A stretch of 51,415 nucleotides of DNA, from NCBI GenBank assembly GCA_013607775.1, contig VCAW01000040.1:1-51415 (forward strand), written 5' to 3'. Under the pieces are notes generated by a model that worked only from the letters and a program-made list of their open reading frames with translations, ran no database searches and had not been told where the DNA came from. The stretch is from Campylobacterota bacterium. Lineage in GTDB: Bacteria > Campylobacterota > Campylobacteria > Campylobacterales > Sulfurovaceae. Below are positions 43,894 to 51,415 of the stretch, piece after piece; position 1 is the stretch's first letter, and every line of letters starts with the position of its first letter. Made by a program: the position numbers and the translations under genes.

Positions 43894-44232
43894 TTACCCG
43901 GCACAAGAGTTTTCACTCAAGTCAGCTTTTTCACTCTCTCCTGCTTTGTAAGAAAATACAAGTTTTACACGACCATCTTCAAGTTTTTCACTCTCAATCT
44001 CGTAATTCTCACCTATTTTATTTAAAAGACCACCCGGTTTTTTATGATTGATCATTGCGAGTTTGGTATTTTCATCCACAAGTTTCAATCCAGCCATAGC
44101 ATTAACCATCGGCTCTGGAGGACCACACTTAGATGTATCAAACTCAATATATTGTGTTTCACCCATTTTGTAGCTATAAAAAGGAACCGTTGCTCCCTCT
44201 ACTTCTAAAGTTTCTTTTACTAATTCAGACAT
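43894..44232 (-). CDS. Hypothetical protein, TusA/DUF2249-like
   Basis: FDTSKCGPPEPMVNAM...MINHKKP...L motif. Confidence 0.65.
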   Translation of the reverse strand: MSELVKETLEVEGATVPFYSYKMGETQYIEFDTSKCGPPEPMVNAMAGLKLVDENTKLAMINHKKPGGLLNKIGENYEIESEKLEDGRVKLVFSYKAGESEKADLSENSCAG

Positions 44233-44285
44233 AATAACTCCTAATTTGATTTTATGAATTATAATCTCTTATTAAAATGTTTTGA

Positions 44286-44299
44286 TTGACTTATATCAA
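44286..44299. promoter_or_regulatory. Fnr/DNR-type box upstream of the 44232-42321 operon
   Basis: TTGACttatATCAA, overlapping the upstream gene's stop. Confidence 0.72.
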
Positions 44300-44865
44300 G
44301 ATTTGAAATTTTTATCAAAATATGCTTTGACTAAATTGTCAAAGTACTGCATCCGCTCTTTTCCTTTAGGCATGGTAGAACGTAAATCTTTCATCTTTTG
44401 TAAAAATGCCCCCACAGAATCTGGAATAATTTTTTCAAAATGTTGGCGTATCTGTTTAGCAAAAGCAGGTGATGTACCTCCCGTAGAAAATGCTATAGTC
44501 AATGCCTCTTTTTTTACATACGAAGGAAAGATAAAGTCACAATACTCAGTATTGTCCACCGAATTGACGAGAATTCTACTACCCCTGCTTTCTTCATAGA
44601 TTTCTTTATGCAAATCCACCGTATCTGTTGCAACAATGACAATATCAAATCCTTCAATATCACCCTTATGATAAGCCCTTTGTGCCAATGCTAAATGATG
44701 TACATCTATGAGTGCCTGTGCCTCTTCTTCAACACGCAATGCGATGACACTTATCTCAGTAGTAAAATCTAGTAACTTTTCCAGCTTCTCTGTAGCGATA
44801 TAACCGCCACCTACTACCAAAACTTTTAAATTGTTCATATCCATAAACATAGGAAAATATGCCAT
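44296..44865 (-). CDS. Precorrin-2 dehydrogenase/sirohydrochlorin ferrochelatase (SirC/Met8/CysG-N type)
   Basis: VLVVGGGYIA, IVATD, VNSVD...CDFIFP, STGGTSPAFA. Confidence 0.92.
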   Translation of the reverse strand: MAYFPMFMDMNNLKVLVVGGGYIATEKLEKLLDFTTEISVIALRVEEEAQALIDVHHLALAQRAYHKGDIEGFDIVIVATDTVDLHKEIYEESRGSRILVNSVDNTEYCDFIFPSYVKKEALTIAFSTGGTSPAFAKQIRQHFEKIIPDSVGAFLQKMKDLRSTMPKGKERMQYFDNLVKAYFDKNFKS

Positions 44866-44931
44866 TGCTGTCCTTTATAAGGTATTAGAGATGCTCTATA
44901 GTTAATTTAACAGAAGTTTAGCATAATTGCT

Positions 44932-44945
44932 TTGATGTGCATCAA
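44932..44945. promoter_or_regulatory. Fnr/DNR-type box between divergent siroheme synthesis and siroheme decarboxylase genes
   Basis: TTGATgtgcATCAA, perfect consensus. Confidence 0.78.
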
Positions 44946-45003
44946 CCTTTATCTCTCCAATATTACATATAATTAAATATTATTTTAATCAGGGAGTCAG
45001 AAG

Positions 45004-46026
45004 ATGGAAAATGAGAAACTAGAAAATGAACTACTCTTTCAAATGCAAAACAGCTTTCCTATGGTTGAAAAACCTTTTGAGGTTATTGCCGATGCACTAG
45101 ACGTAACAGAAGAAGAAGTACTTTCTACTGTACGTAAATTAAAAGAGGAAAAAATTATCCGACAGACCTCTGCCATCTTTGATACCAAACGTCTTGGATA
45201 TAAGTCTTCTCTTGTAGCTTTTAAAGTTGACGAAGACAAAGTAGATGAAGCTGCCAAAATCATCAATGCTCATCCTGGTGTTAGCCACAACTACCTAAGA
45301 AACCATGATTATAACATCTGGTTTACCATGGCAGCGACACCTGATTCTAAATTGGGTCTTGAAAAAACTATAGAGATTTTAAAAATGCGCACTGGGGCAG
45401 TAGATGCCATTATACTTCCTACACTTAAAATGTTTAAAATCTCTGTCAAGATGGACACTACAGGCAAGCGTGCCAAAAAAGAAAAACTCAAAAAACTAGC
45501 CCATAAAGAGCTTAACCTTACGGCAAAGCATGTTGCTGTCATTAAGGCACTTCAACAAGATATCGAAGTAGTCTCTGAACCATTCAAAAAAGCTATCAAG
45601 CGCGTGGGACTTAGTCCTGAAACATTTTTTGAGATTGCTCATGAACTTAAAAACAGTGGTATCATGCGTCGTTTTGCCACTATTTTGAACCACAGAAAAG
45701 CAGGTTTTGGTGCGAATGCAATGTCTGTATGGGCAGTACCTGAAGAGCAGGGTGAGACCATAGGTAAAGAGATGGCAGAGTTTTCAGCGGTGAGTCACTG
45801 TTATCTCAGACCCTCTTATCCTAACTGGCCCTACAATCTTTTTGCTATGGTGCATGCCAAAACACAAGAAGAGTGTGACACACTCATAGAAGAGATGGCA
45901 AAAGAGAGTGGATTGACAGAGTATAGTAAACTTTACTCCACCATAGAATTTAAAAAACAACGACTTGTCTATTTTGATACTGCTTTTGAGGCATGGGAAG
46001 AAGAAGCTTTAATGCAAAGTGCATAG
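45004..46026 (+). CDS. Fused siroheme decarboxylase (NirDL/NirGH, AhbAB-like; two AsnC-like halves)
   Basis: HPGVSHNYLR...YNIWF and AVSHCYLR...WPYNLFAMVH motifs in tandem. Confidence 0.9.
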   Translation: MENEKLENELLFQMQNSFPMVEKPFEVIADALDVTEEEVLSTVRKLKEEKIIRQTSAIFDTKRLGYKSSLVAFKVDEDKVDEAAKIINAHPGVSHNYLRNHDYNIWFTMAATPDSKLGLEKTIEILKMRTGAVDAIILPTLKMFKISVKMDTTGKRAKKEKLKKLAHKELNLTAKHVAVIKALQQDIEVVSEPFKKAIKRVGLSPETFFEIAHELKNSGIMRRFATILNHRKAGFGANAMSVWAVPEEQGETIGKEMAEFSAVSHCYLRPSYPNWPYNLFAMVHAKTQEECDTLIEEMAKESGLTEYSKLYSTIEFKKQRLVYFDTAFEAWEEEALMQSA

Positions 46027-46041
46027 TAGTCTGTCAGACTC

Positions 46042-46743
46042 CTAGTCTTTATATCCTATCTGCTCTTTAAAGTGTGCGATACAGTTGGTACACTCTTTCA
46101 TCGTGTTGGTCTCTACAATACCATATAGAGCATCTTCATTTAAAACTTTCAAAGTATGATTATCTACTGAAATAATATCTTCTTTTTTAAACTTGGTTAA
46201 GATGCGAGAAAATGTTTCAGGTGTTAAGTTAAGTATAGAAGCAATCTCATTGTTTTTCAAACGGTTAAAGACAGCAATTTTTTTTATCATAAGATCTGCT
46301 ACTTTTGCTTCAGATGAAAGTATGGTCTCTTTATGTACCAGTGCCGAAAGTGTCATTACTTTACCTGTTAGAGACTTGATAAGTTCTAGAGAAAATTCTG
46401 GCTGATGTAAATACTCGTAAAGTTTGTCAAAATGTAAAAGTCCTATGGCACCTTCTGTGACAAATTCGCATGTAGCAGGGAAAACTTCTTTTTCAAAACA
46501 AGCAAACTCTGCGATGAGACTAGGAGCAGCAAAACGATTAATCTGTATTTGTGAACCTTTGGGAGAAGTTTTATACAGTTTTACATCACCTTCCATCAGT
46601 ATATGCAGATACTCACTCTCATCACCTTCATAAAAAACAATGCTGTCTTTTGAAAAATGTTTGACATGTACTGCATTTTTAAGTTCAGAAATATACTTTT
46701 CTTCTAATGCAGAAAACATCGGTATCTCTTGTAGACTAATCAT
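46042..46743 (-). CDS. Second Crp/Fnr family regulator with a C-terminal CxxCxxH tail
   Basis: Close paralogue of 39690..40343; HTH EIASILNLTPETFSR; tail ECTNCIAHF. Confidence 0.92.
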   Translation of the reverse strand: MISLQEIPMFSALEEKYISELKNAVHVKHFSKDSIVFYEGDESEYLHILMEGDVKLYKTSPKGSQIQINRFAAPSLIAEFACFEKEVFPATCEFVTEGAIGLLHFDKLYEYLHQPEFSLELIKSLTGKVMTLSALVHKETILSSEAKVADLMIKKIAVFNRLKNNEIASILNLTPETFSRILTKFKKEDIISVDNHTLKVLNEDALYGIVETNTMKECTNCIAHFKEQIGYKD

Positions 46744-46875
46744 TACACATCCCTTTTGCTATCATAAATAAGATTTACACTATACTGTAATATTTATAAA
46801 AAATATTACACAATAATTCATATTAACGACAATTAGAACAAAAAGAACTTAAAAATAAGAAAAACTTATAAAATA

Positions 46876-47607
46876 CTATTTTTCAAACCATGAAAGTTGA
46901 TGATGTAGTTTCACCACTTCACCCACAACAATGAGTGCAGGTGTAGGTAAATCTTTTGCTTTTTCATAAATATCTTCAAGGGTACCAATGACTGTTTTTT
47001 CATCTGGTCTTGTACCACGACTGATGACAGCTACAGGATGGTCTTTTGCTTTACCTATCTCCATCAGTTTTTTAGTGATTTTTTTGAGATTATGTAATCC
47101 CATGAGAAAGACTATCGTATCATCAGTTTTAAAGTTTTCCCAGTGAATTTGAGAATGTGCCTTTCGTGATTCGTGTCCTGTCACAACTCTAAAGGAGACT
47201 GTTACACCACGATGTGTCACAGGAATACCTGCATACTCTGGTACAGCTATGGCAGAGGTAATCCCAGGAATAAATTCAAACCTTATGTTACGTTCACGTA
47301 AATAAATCCCCTCTTCGCCACCACGCCCAAAGACCAGAGGGTCACCCCCTTTAAGCCGGACTACATTTTCATGTTTGAGTGCTGCTTGGTAGATGACTTC
47401 ATTGATTTCTTCTTGAGGAAGTGTATGATGAGAATCTTCTTTTCCTACATAGACAAACTCACAACCATCTTTCGCCTCTGCCAAAATGTCAGGGTTAGCA
47501 AGTCTGTCATAAATAATAACATCTGCCTCTCTTACCACACGTAATGCTTTTACAGTGAGGAGCTCAATATCCCCAGGCCCTGCACCCGTTAAATAGACTG
47601 TTCCCAT
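46876..47607 (-). CDS. cobA: Uroporphyrinogen-III C-methyltransferase (CobA/NirE)
   Basis: GAGPGDIELLT, RLKGGDP, FGRGGEE, PGITS, PVTHR. Confidence 0.95.
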   Translation of the reverse strand: MGTVYLTGAGPGDIELLTVKALRVVREADVIIYDRLANPDILAEAKDGCEFVYVGKEDSHHTLPQEEINEVIYQAALKHENVVRLKGGDPLVFGRGGEEGIYLRERNIRFEFIPGITSAIAVPEYAGIPVTHRGVTVSFRVVTGHESRKAHSQIHWENFKTDDTIVFLMGLHNLKKITKKLMEIGKAKDHPVAVISRGTRPDEKTVIGTLEDIYEKAKDLPTPALIVVGEVVKLHHQLSWFEK

Positions 47608-48737
47608 TATATTGCTCCCTTGGTTTGTTCATCTGTTAAATAACACGATGGATCTTCTGCCCATAAGTCTCCGTGTATTGCATAAGCACGACTCCTAGAC
47701 CCTCCGTTACAGATATTTATATACTGACATGTTTCACATTTTCCACCTAGTTTTCGTGGATGGACTCTTAACTGTTCCAACATAGCCGTTGGCTCATTTG
47801 TCCAGATATCTGAAAAATCCTGTCTTAAAATATTGCCTATTTTAAGAGGGAAGAATGGATCAGGTTTTACATATCCTTCTGAGTCAATATTCAGTAGTTT
47901 ACGCCCAGCAGAGTTCCCACCCCAGTCAATGAGTCTCTTTTTCATCTCATCCGCATATTCAGGATATTTTTTTACAAACCTATCATAAAAAAGTATGGCA
48001 TCCATCTCCATATTACCGGTGACTATCTCTATATCTCGTCCACTTTCATGGTATTCAAACGCTTTGTCTAAAATGTAATTGACCGCTGTTATACGCTGTT
48101 CTTTACTCAAGTCCATCTCTAAATTTTCTAAACCTCTACCTGAGTAAACAAGGTGTGAGATATAAATTTTAGGAATATTATGTGCCTCTGCCAGTTCAAA
48201 AATAAACTGCAAATCATCATAGGTATCTTTGGTAATAGTAAAACGTATACCTACTTTTGTTTTGCCATAAGAATTAAGTAAATCTACTGCCTTCATAGAC
48301 TCTCTAAAAGAACCTTCCAGTCCACGAAACTTGTCATGTACCTCTTCACTGCCATCAATACTGATACCAATATAATCAAAAGTGTCTAAAATCTGCTCCG
48401 CATTGGACTTTTTCACATACAGTCCATTGGTTGAAAGATAGGTTACTATCCCCAACACTTTACAGCGTGCAGCTATCTCATAGATATCTTTTCTAGTCAG
48501 TGGTTCACCACCTGAAAAGATAAGAAATTTTACCCCATTTGCTTTAAGCTTGGGCAAGGTATCCATAATGTCATCTGTAGTAAGGGTATCCACTGCATCC
48601 AAGTCAGCCTTGGAGTAACAGTGCAAACAAGAGAGATTACAACGATTGGTAAAATTCCAAATGGCTATACTTCCGTCAAGTACCCGCGCAGGCTTACCTG
48701 CAACCACGGAATTTAGTAGGTTAGATAGTCTAAACAT
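47607..48737 (-). CDS. nirJ: Radical SAM heme d1 biosynthesis protein NirJ
   Basis: MFRLS, IWNFTNRCNLSCLHCY, WGGNSAG, SPASM cysteines and DPSCY; context with nirE- and nirDL-like genes. Confidence 0.85.
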   Translation of the reverse strand: MFRLSNLLNSVVAGKPARVLDGSIAIWNFTNRCNLSCLHCYSKADLDAVDTLTTDDIMDTLPKLKANGVKFLIFSGGEPLTRKDIYEIAARCKVLGIVTYLSTNGLYVKKSNAEQILDTFDYIGISIDGSEEVHDKFRGLEGSFRESMKAVDLLNSYGKTKVGIRFTITKDTYDDLQFIFELAEAHNIPKIYISHLVYSGRGLENLEMDLSKEQRITAVNYILDKAFEYHESGRDIEIVTGNMEMDAILFYDRFVKKYPEYADEMKKRLIDWGGNSAGRKLLNIDSEGYVKPDPFFPLKIGNILRQDFSDIWTNEPTAMLEQLRVHPRKLGGKCETCQYINICNGGSRSRAYAIHGDLWAEDPSCYLTDEQTKGAI

Positions 48738-49135
48738 TAGTGTGTCTCCTTAGCCGTAGCAATATTGAGATACGGTTCTTCTATGATTGTTTTATTTTGC
48801 TCTTTTTTACTAGCATTGTCTTCATCACTAACATCTTTAAAAGATAAAATATACGTAGTTATCGCTTGAAGTTCTTCTGGGTTTAACTTGAGTGCAGGCA
48901 TTGCATTTCGTTTATAGCCGAAGACTTTAGAAACACCTTCGGGGTCAGTAATCATCGCCGCTATCTCTTGAGCTGTTCTTTTAGAAGCTATAGTAGTAAA
49001 AGAAGGTCCAAAAGCCATGGCAGTCTGATGATGACATCCCCAACAGTAGGTTTCAAAAACTTTTTTACCATTGTCCGCATGGCTACCCAATGTAAAAAGT
49101 AGAAAAAGCAAAAAAGAAGTAAACATTTTTTTCAT
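48737..49135 (-). CDS. Monoheme cytochrome c (NirC-like)
   Basis: Signal peptide, CWGCH, distal Met in NAMP; coupled to nirJ. Confidence 0.85.
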   Translation of the reverse strand: MKKMFTSFLLFLLFTLGSHADNGKKVFETYCWGCHHQTAMAFGPSFTTIASKRTAQEIAAMITDPEGVSKVFGYKRNAMPALKLNPEELQAITTYILSFKDVSDEDNASKKEQNKTIIEEPYLNIATAKETH

Positions 49136-49284
49136 CTCATATCCTTGTTTAAGTATAAAGATAATAACACTATTTTATAGACTATCGATTGATTTAGAAC
49201 AAGAAAAATACTAATTTTCCTCCATCCGTAAAGAAGTAGCAAATTATAGATAACTATGCCACGGCTATACTTTAATAAAGAATA

Positions 49285-49298
49285 TTGACTTAAATCAA
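49285..49298. promoter_or_regulatory. Fnr/DNR-type box upstream of the multiheme cytochrome (second imperfect box at 49189-49202)
   Basis: TTGACttaaATCAA, with TATAAT at 49321; also TTGATttagAACAA nearer the nirC-like gene. Confidence 0.75.
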
Positions 49299-49360
49299 GT
49301 CACATTTCCTCTTCTTTAAATATAATTCTTAATTATAATTATCAAAATAAAGGTTTATAT

Positions 49361-50503
49361 ATGAAAAAGATATTCTTCTCACTTTTTCTTCTAATGAGTA
49401 CACAGTGTAATGCCGCACCAGAAAACATTACCTGTAAAAAATGCCATCCCATCATTTATGCTGAGTATCAAAACTCTATGCATGCCAAAGCGTCGGTTTT
49501 TAAAGACCCTGTACACAAAGCTGTTTGGGACAAACATCCTGCCAAAGCTAAAAATAACTACAAATGTGCGAAATGTCATACTCCCTCAGACCATGACCTC
49601 ATCTCTGGGAAAAGCAAACTAGAAGACAATAAGATTCAACAAACTGAGCCTATTTCATGTCAAGCCTGTCATACCATCGAAAGCATAGAAAAACATACAA
49701 AAATAAATAAAAACAAGTTTACAAAAAAGAAAAAGTATTTCTTCTCGGCTGATAGTAAAAGAAAGGGTAAGAAAATCACATTTAAAGAGAAACATTCATT
49801 CTTTGGTCTCATGACGAAAACATCAGGCTCTCCTTATCATGATATAGATTACAGTAATGAAAATTTTTATGATGGAGGGATGTGTCTTGGATGCCATGAC
49901 CATAAACAAAATGGAAAAGGATTTTCCGTTTGTGATATGCAAATTAAGAAAAATGACTCTCTTGACAATAAAGATACATGCATCTCTTGTCACATGCCAA
50001 AAATAAAAGGTACTTTTGTAAATCTAAAAAATACCCATACCCATGCATTTCACGGCATTTCAATTCACACTATCAATACGTCACTACTTGCTAAACATAT
50101 TAAACTCTCACTCCAGAAAACTACGGATGGTTTTGAGGTTAGCATAGAGAACAAAGCCAACCATACCCTTTTTGCCCAACCCCTGAGACTGAACCAACTC
50201 CGTGTCAACATAGAAAGAGAAGGAAAGACTCTATCTCTTGAGCGAAAAAATTTCATACGTATCATAGGGAAAGATGGAAAACCTGCTATGCCATGGGTTG
50301 CAGACAGCGAACTTAAAAACACCCTCATCAAAGCACATGAGACACGTACAGTTGACTATGATACACCTTTGGAAAAAGGAGATACTGTAGTTATAGAGTT
50401 TGGATACTATCTGGTCAATCCGAAGGCTGCAAAAAAGCTAAATATTACCGATGAACTTGTGACTGAGTTTATTATATTAACGAGGAAGAGAGTAGAAATT
50501 TAA
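49361..50503 (+). CDS. Periplasmic pentaheme cytochrome c
   Basis: Signal peptide; CKKCH, CAKCH, CQACH, CLGCH, CISCH; heme-free C-terminal domain. Confidence 0.88.
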   Translation: MKKIFFSLFLLMSTQCNAAPENITCKKCHPIIYAEYQNSMHAKASVFKDPVHKAVWDKHPAKAKNNYKCAKCHTPSDHDLISGKSKLEDNKIQQTEPISCQACHTIESIEKHTKINKNKFTKKKKYFFSADSKRKGKKITFKEKHSFFGLMTKTSGSPYHDIDYSNENFYDGGMCLGCHDHKQNGKGFSVCDMQIKKNDSLDNKDTCISCHMPKIKGTFVNLKNTHTHAFHGISIHTINTSLLAKHIKLSLQKTTDGFEVSIENKANHTLFAQPLRLNQLRVNIEREGKTLSLERKNFIRIIGKDGKPAMPWVADSELKNTLIKAHETRTVDYDTPLEKGDTVVIEFGYYLVNPKAAKKLNITDELVTEFIILTRKRVEI

Positions 50504-50539
50504 CTTTTATAGTGTGTTGTCATGGAACAACACACTACA

Positions 50540-51392
50540 TCAATACTCTACCAATTTTCCATCCAAAGTTTTCAAAAATGCCACCATATCATCTATCTGT
50601 TCTTTATTGAACTCATCCCCTATTTGGTACTTACTCATGATGCGCACTGCTTCTTCAAGTTTTTCTACTGATCCATTATGAAAATAAGGGGCTGTTTTTA
50701 TGATGTTACGCAAAATGGGAACACGGAAGCGTAGATTATCATCACGTCCTAAAAAACCACCTTTGTTTTCAAAAGGGAAAGGACTCTCTTTGATGTCAAT
50801 ATCAGAAGAAAATAACAAACCTATATACTCAGAAAGATAAGAACGCAAGGGAAACTTCTGTATGCTCTGTCCACCCACACTCATACCTGTATGACAACCT
50901 TTACACCCTTTAGAGATAAACAGTGCCATGCCACGTTTTGCTGCTGGACTCATGGCTTCATCATTACCTTCTAGAAAATCGTCATAGGCACCACGTGTTA
51001 AAAGTGTGCGTTCATACGCACCAATGGCTTTTCGTACATTTTCAAAGGTTATACCTGTGCCAAATATATCTTGAAAAGTAGAGACATACTCTGGTACATT
51101 CTTAAGTCGTTCTTCTACCTCTTTGGGTGTCATATGCATCTCAAAAGGTGCCTGTACGGGGCCACCTGCTTGTTCTTCTACATCTTTTGCTCGTCCATTC
51201 CAAAACTGCGCTTTTGCCAAAGCCTCATTAAGTACCGTAGGTGAATTCAAGTGAAAAGGATTTGCTTGCCCCAAGTAGCCTATGGCAGTAGGAAGATTGT
51301 CATCGCCTCCTTCTTCTAGTGAGTGACAAGAAGCACAGGAAATCGTTTTGTCTTGAGAAAGCAAAGTATCAAAAAAGAGTTTTTTACCTAAA
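50540..51392 (-). pseudogene. Diheme cytochrome c peroxidase, 5' end cut off
   Basis: LGKKLFFD (upstream of the called TTG), CASCH, NSPTVLN, QFWNGRA, CKGCH, FRVPILRN, PYFHNG. Signal peptide missing; in-frame TGA at 51407-51409. Confidence 0.85.
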
Positions 51393-51415
51393 TGTTGGCG
51401 CCGGTCTCATTTGGA
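51393..51415. mobile_element. Possible IS terminal inverted repeat interrupting the peroxidase gene
   Basis: Abrupt GC-rich TGTTGGCGCCGGTCTCATTTGGA starting with TG, as IS3-family ends do; only 23 nt visible. Confidence 0.4.

Noticed and set aside
45004-46026. Lrp/AsnC transcriptional regulator
   Set aside because: HxYxR motifs, the tandem halves and the nirJ/cobA context identify a siroheme decarboxylase of the same fold.
49361-50503. NrfA nitrite reductase (five hemes)
   Set aside because: All five motifs are CxxCH; no CxxCK site or other NrfA motifs were seen.

Overview
AT-rich Campylobacterota window; gene content and order suggest a Sulfurovum-like organism (inference). Both ends appear to stop inside insertion sequences that cut genes: an IS701-like transposase start truncates a TMEM43-family gene on the left, and a TG-initiated foreign segment truncates a cytochrome c peroxidase gene on the right. 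The most interesting region is an ~18 kb island (about 2.9-20.7 kb) lying between tsf and an ABC ATPase gene that normally follows tsf. It encodes an unusual export/adhesion system with no ABC ATPase of its own: a GAF-like/HlyD fusion, a PqqD/RRE-like + M50 site-2 protease + HlyD fusion, a stand-alone HlyD, a ~2,735-aa LEPR-XLL/DUF4347 giant surface protein, a coupled PAS-GGEEF-(degenerate GGDEF)-EAL enzyme and a convergent TolC. All six genes are broken (5 in-frame stops, 6 frameshifts), while the ~29 kb of genes from tsf onward show no such lesions, which points to real decay of the island. The rest holds rpsB (with a C-terminal HhH-like extension) and tsf, bcp, a Deg protease, an aldehyde dehydrogenase, a secreted 11-mer repeat protein, an Eco47II-like type II R-M pair, an extended napAGHBF-x-LD operon with a three-heme NapB, two Crp/Fnr paralogues with at least six TTGAY-N4-ATCAA boxes, heme d1 biosynthesis genes, a pentaheme cytochrome and two MITE/REP-like palindromic elements. 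Family names come from motif recognition by eye; no database searches were run.
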